From Octopus sinensis (Eukaryota): a DNA stretch of 64,000 nt. The stretch spans positions 9,300,001 to 9,364,000 of the forward strand of contig NC_043013.1 of NCBI RefSeq assembly GCF_006345805.1, written 5' to 3'. Of the stretch, positions 38,825-51,722 are shown in pieces. The position numbers and the translations under genes are program-made. Under the pieces are notes generated by a model. That model was not told where the DNA came from, did not search any database, and saw only the letters and a program-made list of their open reading frames with translations. How positions within the stretch are numbered: position 1 is the first letter of the stretch; every line of letters starts with the position of its first letter.

Positions 38825-39834
38825 CACATATACATACACATATATATGTATGTGTATGTATGTAGGAAGTTATTTGCTTGTTTAGAGGAGGGAGGTTTTA
38901 GAGTTATAATGTCGTTGGAAACGGTTTATTGTGAAATTTCGGCTCTTCTGTATTTATTTTATTTGTTTTCGATTAGTATAGTTTCATAAGGTTGTGTGAT
39001 TTATTTTTTTATATTTATTGATCTAGGTCAAACATTTTCCAGGGTCCAGTGCACTATAATAGAAATAACAATGTTCATGTAGGGCTTTCATAAAAGGGAG
39101 CATGCCGGTCTTTTCTTTTGGCGGGGAGTTTTATAAGTTAATTAGGTATTTATTAAAATTCGTTCAGTGTTCACACAGCTATTTAAAAATTGGGATTTCA
39201 AGAACTCAAGAGTGCTATTAACCTGCTTTTTGCTATTTCTTATAATTTCTTTTTTTTTTTTAATTCTGTCGCTGAAATGATTTCATGTGTGGAAACGCAC
39301 AACAGATGACAGAGTATTTTAAGCTATTGTTTTAAGTTTCATAGACAATGTTTAAGAGTGTGTGGGTTATTATGAGATATCATCAAAAGATCAGATCATG
39401 CTACCCATAAAAATATAAGAGGGCATAATAAGTATGAGTTATAAAAACATTGGAGTTAAAGTTAAGGCGTTTTGTCGTCATACTTTAGAAGTCTGAACTA
39501 TATATAAAGTGTTAAATAATACAGTCAGCATGTGAGCTTCAGATAGCAATGATCAAACCACATGGTTCTGAGTTCAGTTCCACTGCGTGGCACCTTAGGC
39601 AAGTGTCTTCTGCTATAGCCTCAGGCCAAGGCTAAAGTGGAATTTTGAGTGGATTTGGTAGACAGAAACTGAAGGAAGCCTGTTGTGTATAAGACTGGAG
39701 TTTGGTGCAGCCATATGGTTCGCCAGCCCACAGTCAAACCGTCCAACCCATGCTAGCATGGAAAGCGGACGTTAAACGACGACGATGATGATGATGATGA
39801 TGATATATATATATATATAGATATATAAACAAGA

Positions 39835-40573
39835 AGCATCAGATGTGGTGTGCGAGAGAGATGACTGCGCTAGTATGGTCATGTGTTACTTATGGATGAG
39901 GACAGCTGTGTGAAAAAGTGTCACACCCTAACAATGGAAGGAGCCTTTGGAAGAGGTAGACCCAGAAAGACCTGGGGTGAGATGGTGAAACGCAACCTTC
40001 GAACGTTGGGCCTCACAGAGGCAGTGACAGGCGACCGAGACCTTTGGAGATATGCTTTGCTTGAAAAGACCTAGCAAGCCAAGTGAGACCGTAACCGTGG
40101 CCTATGCCGGTGTCACATAACTTGCTCATTTAAGAGTAGCCTTCAATCATTGGGCAATTTACTGTGCTTGAGAAAACCTGTTGAGTCAAGTAAAGTTATT
40201 GTCATTGCTGATGCCTGTACTGCCTGACTGGCACATAAAAAGCACCATTCGAGTGTAGTTGATGTCAATCCTCCTGGACTTGCTCCCGTGCCAGTGGCAC
40301 ATAAAATGCACAATATGAACGTGGTTGATGCCAGTGCTGCCCGACTGGTCCTGTGCTACTGGCATGTAAAAAGCACCATTCGAGCGTGGTTGATGCCAGT
40401 ACCACCTGACATAAAAAGCACCCACTACACTCTTGGAGTGGTTAGCATTAGGAAGGGCATCCAGCTGTAGAAACCTTGCCAGATCAGATTGGAGCCTGGT
40501 GCAGCCTCCTGGCTTGTCAGTCCTCAGTCACCATCCAACCCATGCCAACATTGAAAGTGGCTGTTAAATAATG

Positions 40574-40575
<2 letters not shown>
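39835..40575 (+). mobile_element. RTE LINE 3' end (ORF C-terminus plus full 3' UTR)
   Basis: MDEDSCVKKCHTL...GRGRPRKTW...DRDLW matches the end of the 58893 ORF and runs on into the GGCATCCAGCTGTAGAAAC...TTAAATAATGAT tail. Confidence 0.88.
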
Positions 40576-40618
<43 letters not shown>

Positions 40619-40641
40619 TATATATATAATATATATATCTT

Positions 40642-40751
<110 letters not shown>

Positions 40752-41131
40752 CATATATATATACAAGATAAGAAAATGGAGAAATACATCTAAATCAAAT
40801 ATCAATTACCAGATAATACTCAATCACATACTTTATTAAACCACCACATAAGAGACTGTAGGGTTAAACAGAACAAATCAGTGTAAATAAAGGAATGTAC
40901 ATAAAAAAGTGTACATAAAAGAGTAATGTTGTATAATAAGTAGAATATATATAAAAAAGAGAATATAAATATAAGTAAATCATTTTACCTTTGCCCATAT
41001 AATACAGTAAATGAATTGATTGCATCGCAATCCTTAACATTTATGTATTAACTTTGTTGGGTACTTCACTAGCAGTATATTGGATATATGTTATCCCATG
41101 GAGGGTTGCATTTACAACCCCTATCTCAATT

Positions 41132-41167
<36 letters not shown>

Positions 41168-42678
41168 CACACACATGTGTGCATATGTGAGTCTTTGTAT
41201 CTGTATTTGTCCTTTATTATTGCTTGACAACTGGTGTTGGTGTGTTTATGTCCCTGTAACTTAGTAGTTTGGCAAAATTATGTACCAGCTTAAAAGTACG
41301 TACTAGGGTTGATTCATTCAACTAAAAATTCTCCAAGGTGGTGCCCCAGCATGGCCACAGTCTAATGACTGAAACAAGTAAAAGATAACAACAACGCCTG
41401 ACACGAAGCCATCAGTCAACCAACATGAAATCAGTGAGGAAATTACGTCATAGAATTTTAGAAAGTCGTTGAAATGAGAGTTTTTCATAAGGATCTGTTC
41501 ATCACAATACCAAAGTACAGTTTAGAAGCAAACTCGTTTTGTTTCTCTCTAATTAACATCCAAATATAGTTGATAGCATGCACATGCATGCATGTGTGTG
41601 TGTGTGCGCATGCATGCATGCACCTCCTCACCCATGCAAACATACACGAAATGGACAGAAGATGTTGAGTTGATTTGAGTTTTGGTTTGCTGACGTCTTT
41701 TTTGGATGCATTCTCAGAATGAAATGCAAACACTTTGCTAATGGTGCCGTGATAGACTATTTGGTGCTAACTGAGCTTGAGATATTTATTACAAGCTGTC
41801 TAATATAGGCACAGGAGTGGCTGTGTGGTAAGTAGCTTGTTTACCAACCACATGGTTCTGGGTTCAGTCCCACTGCGTGGCACCTTGGGCAAGTGTCTTC
41901 TACTATAGCCTCAGGCCAACCAAAGCCTTGTGAGTGGATTTGGTAGACGGAAACTGAAAGAAGCCCGTGTATATATGTATATATATGTATATATGTGTGT
42001 GCGTGTATGTTTGTGTTTATCCCCCTAGCATGGCTTGACAACCGATGCTGGTGTGTTTATGTCCCCGTCACTTAGCAGTTAGGCAAAAGAGACCGATAGA
42101 ATAAGTACTGGGTTTACAAAAGAATAAGTCCTGGGGTCAAGTTGCTCGATTAAAGGCGGTGCTCCAGCATGGCCACAGTCAAATGACTGAAACAAGTAAA
42201 AGAGTAAAAAAAGGAGAGTAAAGAGAATATCTTCATTGTTACTTTATCTTCATCCACAGAATCACCTGGAACATACACATACACACACGCACGTGCACAG
42301 GGTAATGTGGGGAAGTTCAGAATGAATAATAACTTGCATAAAAGAAAAAACCTAGGGAGAATTGACTGACATTATTGCCTGGAATATGAAACGAGTAAAT
42401 CCAAATACTCAATTTGAGGTGATGCCACTATGCTAACAACAACAACAACAGCAACAATATCAGCAGCAATAATTCTGAACTCCTTATTAAATATTTTTGC
42501 TACATTTAATATTTCACAAAGCCGTACAATGACTGATTAGCTTCTAGCTCATCTCTACGGTGCTTCGTTCCGTGTTGAATTAGTTCAGACCCTGCTTCTT
42601 TTGTGTGAAGTAATCTATTATTAAAATAAAAACCTTTCCACAAATGTACACAGTTATATTTCGATAGGTCCATTATTA

Positions 42679-42709
<31 letters not shown>

Positions 42710-42779
42710 CATCATTATTATTATTATTATTATAATTATCATAATAATAATAATAATAATAATGATGATAATAATATTG

Positions 42780-42810
<31 letters not shown>

Positions 42811-43080
42811 TTTTAGCTGTTTTTTTTTTGTATATTCACAACATTTATATATATTTCTAATGACAAATACTTCATCAGTTTTTTTTTTCTAGGCATTAAA
42901 ATATCAAGGTTTTCGAAAAAAAAAAGATATTTTTGATCCCACTCCCCACCCCTTCCTGAAGTACACTTCTCAACCATGTGGTTTTGGGTTCAGTCCCACT
43001 GTATGCCACTCGCCCTCAACTAACCAAAACCTGAGTTTGGTAGGCAGAAACTGAAAGAAGCCTGCTGCATATATATATAT

Positions 43081-43118
<38 letters not shown>

Positions 43119-43861
43119 ACTTCCATCACTGCTTGATGACTGGTGTTGGTTTGTTTATGTCCCTGTAACTTAGCGTTTCAGCAGAAAGTGCATGATAGAA
43201 TAAGTACCAGGCTTTAAAATGTGGTGTATTTTGTACTGTTTATACTTTGTACAACGAGACCTGAAACTATTATTTGTACGGGCATGGCTGTGTGGTAAGA
43301 AGGTTGCTTCCCAACCACATAATTCTAGGTTCAGTCACACTCTGTGGTCACCTTGTGTCTTCTACTATAGCTTCGGGCTGACCAAATCCTTGTGAATGGA
43401 TTTTGTAGATGGAAACAGAAAGAAGCCCATCATATGTATATATGTATGTATGTATGCATGCATGCATGTATGTCCTCCACCTCCACCACCACATCACAAC
43501 TGGTGTTGGTGTGTTTATGTCCTCATAACTAAGCAGTTTGGCAAAAGAGACCAACAGAATGAGTACCAGGCTTAAAAGAAAAAGAAGTACTGGTGTCGAT
43601 TCATTCTGCTAAAAATTCTTCAAGGCAGTGCCCCAGCCTGGCCACAGTCTATTGACTAAAACAAGTAAAAGACAAAAGATATTTTTTTCTTAATGTGTCT
43701 AGGCAGGTTCAGATGCAAAATATGCTGGTTGCCGTAGTGTATGTCACAGGTAAATCACATCTCTCATTTACAACAAGCGCATGTTCAACACCCTCAGCTC
43801 ATTGGTGCACCGCATTCTGGGTCAGTGGCATTTCGACATGTTGTGTCTCATCAGCCAAAAG

Positions 43862-44555
43862 CACCCAGGGAAGTAAGGCGTTCAGAATATGGCAAATGCC
43901 TGATGGAGGGTATTCTCTTGGTTGCACGTCGCTGAACGGCTTCCAGACGATAAATATCCTTTGCAAGATAAGGGTTCCAGACCGGTGATGCAAATTCCAG
44001 GTGAGGTTGTACCATAGCTATATAAAACCGCAGATAGATAGCCGGAGAGTGGCTCACAAAGGACTTGGTGAGTGATGCCAAGACACCCTCAGCCTTTTTG
44101 GCAATTTTAGCAATGTGTTTTGTCCAACGCAAATCACTGTCAACAATAATGCTCAAGTTACGTTCACAAGAAGACTTTTTGAGATTAGTGTTGTGGAGGA
44201 AGACTTTTTGAGATTAGTGTTGTGGAGGAAGACTTTTTGAGATTAGTGTTGTGGAGGAAGACTTTTTGAGATTAGTGTTGTGGAGGAAGTAAGTAGACGC
44301 TGGGGTTTTCTTCCCAAAATGCATGGTGGTACATTTGTCCACAGCCAGCTTGAGTTGCCAGTCCATGATCCACTGCTGCATTGTGTCCAGGTCTGATTGC
44401 AATAGAGATCTATAGTGTACAGGATCTGACCTCTTTATTTCGAGGTACAGCTTGATGTCATCTACATATTTCAGCACTGTGGCATTCTTTAAGTTGGCAT
44501 CTATGTCATTAACATATGCAACAAATAAAAGGGGGCCAAGAACAGATCCCTGTGG
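43862..44555 (-). mobile_element. CR1-type LINE RT fragment interrupted by a 29-bp tandem repeat
   Basis: PQGSVLGPLLFVAYVND, KYVDD, PHLEFASPVWNPY, LEAVQRRATK motifs. Confidence 0.9.
44170..44285. repeat. 29-bp unit x4 tandem repeat
   Basis: GAAGACTTTTTGAGATTAGTGTTGTGGAG repeated four times identically. Confidence 0.95.
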
Positions 44556-47500
44556 ATAGGTGTATTACTAAAAATATAGATACTGTTTTTTTTTTTGTAA
44601 ATTGACTCAAACCCATCCACAAATTCACTGAATCTAATTCCCTCTTGTCTATTACTGATATTTATTAAATTTTACTTTGGAAGTACACAGAGAGACAAAG
44701 TTGACCCTAGCAGCTGTATTTGAACTCAGAATTCTTGAATTTAGAGCTAACTTGTATGACACACTTTGTCTAGCGCTTTACCGTTTCTAGTACTAAAGAG
44801 CTTATGATACTTCAAATGAATAATCAAAATGGAAATATGGAAGTGACAGGAATTTTAAAATATTGTAGCTGCTTCTTATTACTAACATACACACAAAAAA
44901 AAAAAGAAAAAAGAAAAAGAAGAAACTGAATTCCTAATCACAAGCTGGGTGACTTTTTTTTTTCTTTTTTTTTTACTTTATTATAAATTTAATCTTGCAT
45001 TAATGGAACAAATTATTGATTCATGCAAGTTGAAAATAGAAATAAAATTTTTAAAAAATGTATTCGGTATGTAATGAACTAAGGATGACTAGTGGCTATG
45101 CTCCTGTACCCTTGCTTGGTCATAGGTTTGTAATGACTTGCATCAACTTTGAGCTGTCGGGGTTGTGTACCCTCTACCAATATGCTTGCCAACCTGACGT
45201 TTATTTGGAAATCCATCAACAGGACTTCAGCGATGTCAGAAAAAGTTTTTGACTTCTTCATTATTGCCTCTGTTATCCTTACAAATGTTGCTTTGCTTTC
45301 TACTCTATATTCATTGCTTTTTTTTTTGTGTTCTTGTTGTTCGGATCAGTTACATTCAAAACAGAAATAAATCAAAGAATTTAAAAATAATGATAATAAA
45401 TGAAAAGTGAGCAAGATTTTTTTCTTTGCTTGTTTATTATAATTTGTAAAATTCAATGCCATTCGTTTATGAGATTTCTCCCTGGAGAACCGTTACTTTC
45501 TATATGTTAATGAAGTATATGTATGTATGTATTTATATATGTATATATATATAAAAATATGTATATATATATATATTTTTTGTTCGTTTATTTTCAAAGC
45601 ACCTCACCAAAAAATTGGAGGTAAGTAAAATTGTTGGGTTGCTTCATCAAGGAAATTACTATGGGTGAAATTAATTTATTATTTATATAATAATTGTAAT
45701 AATAATAATAATTATTATTATTGTTAATTTTTTTTTTCACATTTCAAGCTTTTGGGAATTATTTTTTTTTTATCTAACAAGGTGTGTAATGTTCCAATAT
45801 TACCTGCATTTGTATTATAAACCTAATTGCTACATTGGCTGTTCAGTATACTCTGTTCATAACACTTACACTTCTGACACTAATTTTCATCAATAAACTT
45901 CATACGCATACACACACACAAATGCATATTATATACATTTATATATATATATATATATACACACACACATATATATATATGTGTACGTGTGTGTGTGTGT
46001 ATATATATATCGTTGCTATTATGCAAAAATGTCGCAAGTCCAAAATGTTGCTTTTTCAGAAAACGAAAAAAATAGTTTCACCATTTCATAGTGAAACCAT
46101 ACACTTTGGCAATTTTTGGTATCCTGGCATCTGAAGTAGCTTGGAGATACGATAGTTTGACCAAAAGAACTGGCTATTGCAAGCAAAAATAAATATTGAG
46201 AAAAACACATTTGATCAAATTTGGACATACGACAGTTCAACATAATAGCAACAATATATATATATACACGCACACACATATGTGCATACACACACACACA
46301 TACACACATACGCACATGCACAGTTGGTTGTTTATATATGACAGCGTTATGGATTTACACATTGTACAAAGCTTGTTTGAACAACTTCTATGTTCTGATG
46401 CAGTCAGAGGATACAGAGGACATCTTTAATGATGAAGAAACTGAAAAAAAAAAAAAAGAAATAGCATTTTAGGAAAGAGACAAGATTTTCCAAAATTTCT
46501 ACAACAATTTCTCCATTTTCAAAATATGTTATCTCAGCTGGAAGTGAAAGTGGGCTAGCATCCTGTCTCAGTAAATTGATTGGTTTGCTAATTTATTTTC
46601 TTACCAGACAGAATGAAGTGCTTGGAACCTGTGCAGTTTCTTAAGGAACAATGGCATCACATATTTCAACAGGCCCTACTTCCATCTTACTTCCTTAAAA
46701 TTGTCTCAGGGGTTCTGTGAAATGACTTATCATGCTTTACCGATTATCGTCAACAGTGCCACCACCACCATCATCATCACCATCATCATCATCATCATCA
46801 TCATACAACATTGGTTTATTTGGGTTTTTTTTTTTTTTCATGTATGCTACCAAGATTTTTGTTGTATAGAATTAGTAAAAGATAATTGGGTGATATGTGC
46901 ATGTACATAGACACTCACACACACACATCTCAATGCGGTTCTTAACGGAGCTATGCTGCTACAACTGGGAGGTGCTGCTCACTAACAAACATGCTCATGC
47001 CTGTGGTCTATATAGGTGCTCTTACCTCTTTCTGCTTTACTGCTATTGTAATTCTCTCTATTCCTTGGAGTTGACTCATCTTGTGCCTCCTTCACTCATG
47101 CACTCCCAACCCATTCAACCCTCCTCCTTTCATTATCCTTGTTGTGTCCCATTCCCCCAGGTCCCACACTAGTCACTATATTCAGTCCTTCCTCTCTGCA
47201 ACATTTGGCCTCTGAAATTCTCCCTGCTCATGTTTTTCCTTTCAGGTTTAAACGCAGGATAGTTAACCAAATTACTCTCACAGGCCACAGAGGGGCTGCA
47301 AACCCCATAGACATTGTCCCATCCTTCAGACCCATTATCATCACCATCATCATCATCATTTGATGTCTGTCTTTCATGCTGGCATGGGTGAGTTGGTTTG
47401 ACAGGAGCTAGCCAGACAGAAGCCTGCACTAGACTCCTGTGTCTGTTTTAGCATGACCGTGTGGTGAGAAACTTGTTTTCTAACCATGAGTTTGGGTTCG

Positions 47501-47847
47501 GTCCCACTGTATGGCACCTTGGGCAAGTGTCTTCTGCTATAGCTTTGGGCTGACCAAAGCCTTGTGAGTAGGTTTAGTAAATGGAAACTGGAAGAATCCC
47601 CTTTGTATACACACACACACATACATACATAGATTAATTAATTAATTAATTAATTAATTATAATAAAGGGGTCAGTGTGTGGAAATAAAAACCGTATGGG
47701 TGAATTTTACAAATATTTTAATAATTATATACAAAATTATAACAAGGCATAAGCTATAAGCCTCTCTACACGCTAGAAATAGGTGCCAAAAGACATTAAT
47801 ACCACCTTGTCCCTTCGTGTATTTCATGTTATTTATTTATGTAAAGG

Positions 47848-47888
<41 letters not shown>

Positions 47889-48447
47889 CGCAGGAATGGC
47901 TGTGTGGTAAGTAGCTTGCTAACTAACCACATGGTTCTGGGTTCAGTCCCACTGCGTGGCATCTTGGGCAAGTGTCTTCTGCTATAGCCCCGGGCCGACC
48001 AATGCCTTGTGAGTGGATTTGGTAGATGGAAACTGAAAGAAGCCTGTCGTATATGTATATGTGTGTATGTTTGTCCCCTAGCATTGCTTGAGAACCGATG
48101 CTGGTTTGTTTACGTCCCCGTCACTTAGCGGTTCGGCAAAAGAGACCGATAGAATAAGTACTGGGCTTACAAGGAATAAGTGCCAGGGTCGAATTGCTCG
48201 ACTAAAGGCGGTGCTCCAGCATGGCCGCAGTCAAATGACTGAAACAAGTAAAAGAGTATATATAGGTGCTGGTGTGGTTGTTTGGTTCAGAAGCTTGCTT
48301 CCCAACCATGTGGTCTTTGGTTCAGTCACCCTGTATAGTTTCTTGGGTTGGTGTCTTTACTGTAGCTCTGGGCCAACTAAAAGCCTTGTGAGTAGATTTG
48401 GTAGACAGGGACTGAACAATTGCTCAACAAATACATACATACACATA

Positions 48448-48846
48448 TCTTTATATATAAAAGTGAGGTTGTGTGCTGTCTGTCTCCTACGATTTAGATT
48501 CCTAACTACTCCCACATTTTGCGGTGCAGTTTAACCAAAACCGGGTATCTTATAGCCGTGATTCATATCGAGCCCTTCTGGGTATTAGCGCGCGTCTACG
48601 ATGAGTCTACGATTTAAAAAAAAATTTACCATCAATTTTTCCCATTTTTAATGCATTTTTGGCATATATAAGGGAAGTAACTCTCTAAAAATTTATTATT
48701 AAATCTCAGAACGTAAAAAGCTACAGTAACACCCCCCCCCCTTTGTGGTTAGCCATATTGAGATGGCTATTATACTTTACATCTCTAAAAATGCTTATAT
48801 AGTTATTTCCCTTACAAACCCGAGCAACGCCGGGCGATACTGCTAG
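48448..48846 (+). mobile_element. Non-autonomous Helitron, family 2
   Basis: A|TCTTTATATATAAAAG start, hairpin plus CTAG|T end. Confidence 0.8.
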
Positions 48847-48928
48847 TACATATATACAAAGAATATTGAAAGAGTCTGTTGAAAGAAGAGTGCATTATAT
48901 AGACAGTAGAGCTGAATGTTATTAATAA

Positions 48929-49311
48929 TCTCTCTATATATAAACGGCAGTTTGTCTGTGCGTGTTTCTGTGTGTCTGTTTGCTTGTACCCTCACCCTGA
49001 CCACGATTTTCAACCGATTCTGATGAAACTTGACACACACATAGCCCAATGTCATAATTCAAAACTAACGCAGCGAAAATTTTGAAAAGTTCCCCCAGTT
49101 CTGAAAAAAATCGATAAATTCGACATGGGGTCGAGAATCAGAAACACAAACCGCAAACTGTCTAGGGGACGCAACTCCACCTTTTTTAACTAAAAAAAAA
49201 ATTTACCATAATTTTTTTCCATTTTTTTGCTATTTTTTGGCTATAACTCTCTAAAAATGCTTCATAGTTATTTCCCTTACAAACCCGAGCAACGCCGGGC
49301 GATACTGCTAG
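48929..49311 (+). mobile_element. Non-autonomous Helitron, family 3
   Basis: A|TCTCTCTATATATAAACGG start, hairpin plus CTAG|T end; inverted copy at 22609-22989. Confidence 0.82.
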
Positions 49312-49520
49312 TATGTACATATATATGCTTTTCTTTCACTTCGTCGTTTGACTGTAGCCATGCTGGAGCACTGCTTTGAAGGATTTTAGTTGAAACAAAT
49401 CGACCCCAGGACTTTTTTTCTTTTTAAAGCCTAATAGTTATTCTATTGGTCTCCTTTGCTGAACTGTTAAGTTATGGGGATGGAAACACACTGGTTGACC
49501 AGTTGTCAAATAGTGATGTT

Positions 49521-49551
<31 letters not shown>

Positions 49552-50329
49552 TCTAGACGACAGGCTTCTTTCAGTTTCTGTCTACCAGATCCACTCGCAA
49601 GGATTTGGTCAGCCTGATGTTGTTGTAGAACACACTTGCCCAAGATGCTGTGCAGTGGGACTGAACTCGGAACCATATGGGGTTGGGAAGCAAGCTTCTC
49701 ACTATGCAGCCACACCTGTATGCTCACAGATACATATGTAAATGTAGATAAACCACCTAGACAAAAACAAAATAAAAAAGGGGGGATTTCGGTCTGACTA
49801 TGTTATTACTGTTTCATTAGAGACCAATGTACACACGTTCTTGACCACAGAGAGAATGTTGGCTTATACTTGTTTGTAGCATATGTAAACTCTGACGAAA
49901 TTAGATTAGTCTGTTTAATTTGCATAACAGTGTAAGCACCAACAGGATAAATTAATGATGGTATTAATTAAAAGGAACACAATGCAGCTTTAGGATAATT
50001 AGAAATGTAAGGTAAACTTACTAAGTGTGTTTTTAATTAATTAGATTTATATTTAATATCATGTGTGTGTGTGTGTGTGTGTGTGCATGCATGTGTATGT
50101 ATATACATCTATATATATGTGTGTATGGGTGAGTTTACACTGGTTTAAAAGCTGTTGTCATTGTGTTGCTGTATGTCCCATGACCTAGTGGTTCGACAAA
50201 TAGAGATCAATAGAATAAGTATTAGAGTCAATATTTTTGACTGAGCCTTTGAAGGCCACAGTAATATAGTTAAAACCAATAAAACGGTATGTGTGTGGGG
50301 ATGGGTGTCTAAATGCATGTATCTATATG

Positions 50330-50636
50330 TATCACCTTTGAAACGCTTGTGTGGCTTGCCCTGGGGGCATTTTCCTTGCTCCAGCTCACCATACAACACC
50401 TGCTTTGGCATGGGGGATGTCCTTGAAACAGACAAGGTGGCCAGTCCATCTAAGTTGGTGTTTCATTATCATGGACTCAATGCTTATCATTTTCACCAAC
50501 TGCAGTGATCTCATATCAGGTACATGAGATCTTCAGGATATTATGCAAGCATCAAGTGAAATCATTTGAGACGCTGAATATACCTGCGGTAAGGTTGTCT
50601 TCTTTTTGCATCCAGACATCAATGCTGACTTCCACC
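50330..50636 (-). mobile_element. Decayed RTE (BovB-like) LINE fragment
   Basis: [18 protein letters not shown]...[25 protein letters not shown] across frameshifts. Confidence 0.8.
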
Positions 50637-50686
50637 ATGCATATGTATAGATATGTGACTATGTATATATATATATATTTAATGTA

Positions 50687-50756
<70 letters not shown>

Positions 50757-51489
50757 CCAGTGGCACGTAAAAAGCACCCACTGCACTCTTGGAGTGGTTG
50801 GCATTAGGAAGGGCATCCAGCTGTAGAAACTCTGCCAGATCAAGATTGGGGCCTGGTGCAGCCATCTGGTTCGCCAGCCCTCAGTCAAAATCGTCCAACC
50901 CATGCTAGTATGGAAAACGGACGTTAAACAATATATATTTAATGTATGTGTGTGTATATACACATGTATTTTATGTATGTGAGTGTGTCAGAAGTACTGC
51001 TTTGTTACATGAAGCTAATAAGCTATTTGCATTTGTGGTGGGCGGAATTTTTTACTTAATTGTTAGAATGTCCAATAGACTACCTTTTGGTATTAGTTCT
51101 CTCTGCATTCCAAGTTCAAATCCCAATGAGATCAACTTTACTTTTCATTTTTTAGTGGCTGATAAAAAAGAAAAATGAATCTTGGGTGGTGGATTAATGG
51201 AACAACAGGGAAAACATTGAACCAAATACCTTGTGGTATTTGTTCAGGCTCTTTGCTTTTTGACTTCAAATCCCACCATAGTGTACTTTGATATTAAACT
51301 TAATCTGTCTAGCAGCTTAACACCATAACCTAGCAATTTTGGTTCTTTTAATGAAACCAAGTTTGTTGTAAGCATTTGGACTAGATCTTTGGTTTGAAGA
51401 TGCCTTTGGCCATGTAGGGTTATAGACATTGCTTTTTTTCTGACTAAAAGATTAATCCTTTAGCCTGGCTATATCTGGCCCAATTATGA

Positions 51490-51722
51490 AGGCGGTGAGC
51501 TGGCAGAAACGTTAGCACGCCGGGCGAATTGCTTAGCTGTATTTTGTCTGTCATTACGTTCTGAGTTCAAATTTCACCAAGGTCGACTTTGCCTTTCATC
51601 CTTTCAGGGTCGATAAATAAAGTACCAGTTTTGCACTGGGGTCGATGTAATCGACTTAATCCCCTTGTCTGTCCTTGTTTGTCCCCTCTATGTTTAGCCC
51701 CTTGTGGGTAGTAAAGAAATAT
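51490..51722 (+). mobile_element. tRNA-head SINE family B (GTCGACTTTGCCTTTCATCCTTTCGGGGTCGATAAA core, MetaSINE-like)
   Basis: Copies at about 11700-11860, 23118-23320, 33724-33940, 52446-52600 (+) and 23560-23720, 37585-37805 (-), plus a minus-strand cluster at 54160-57240. Confidence 0.82.

Noticed and set aside
46608-46720. Acceptor-like TTACCAG followed by ...FLKEQWHH as a candidate last COPZ1 exon
   Set aside because: Phase 0 gives ACA GAA TGA, and the KEQW-containing frame is out of phase and lacks the WSLL motif.
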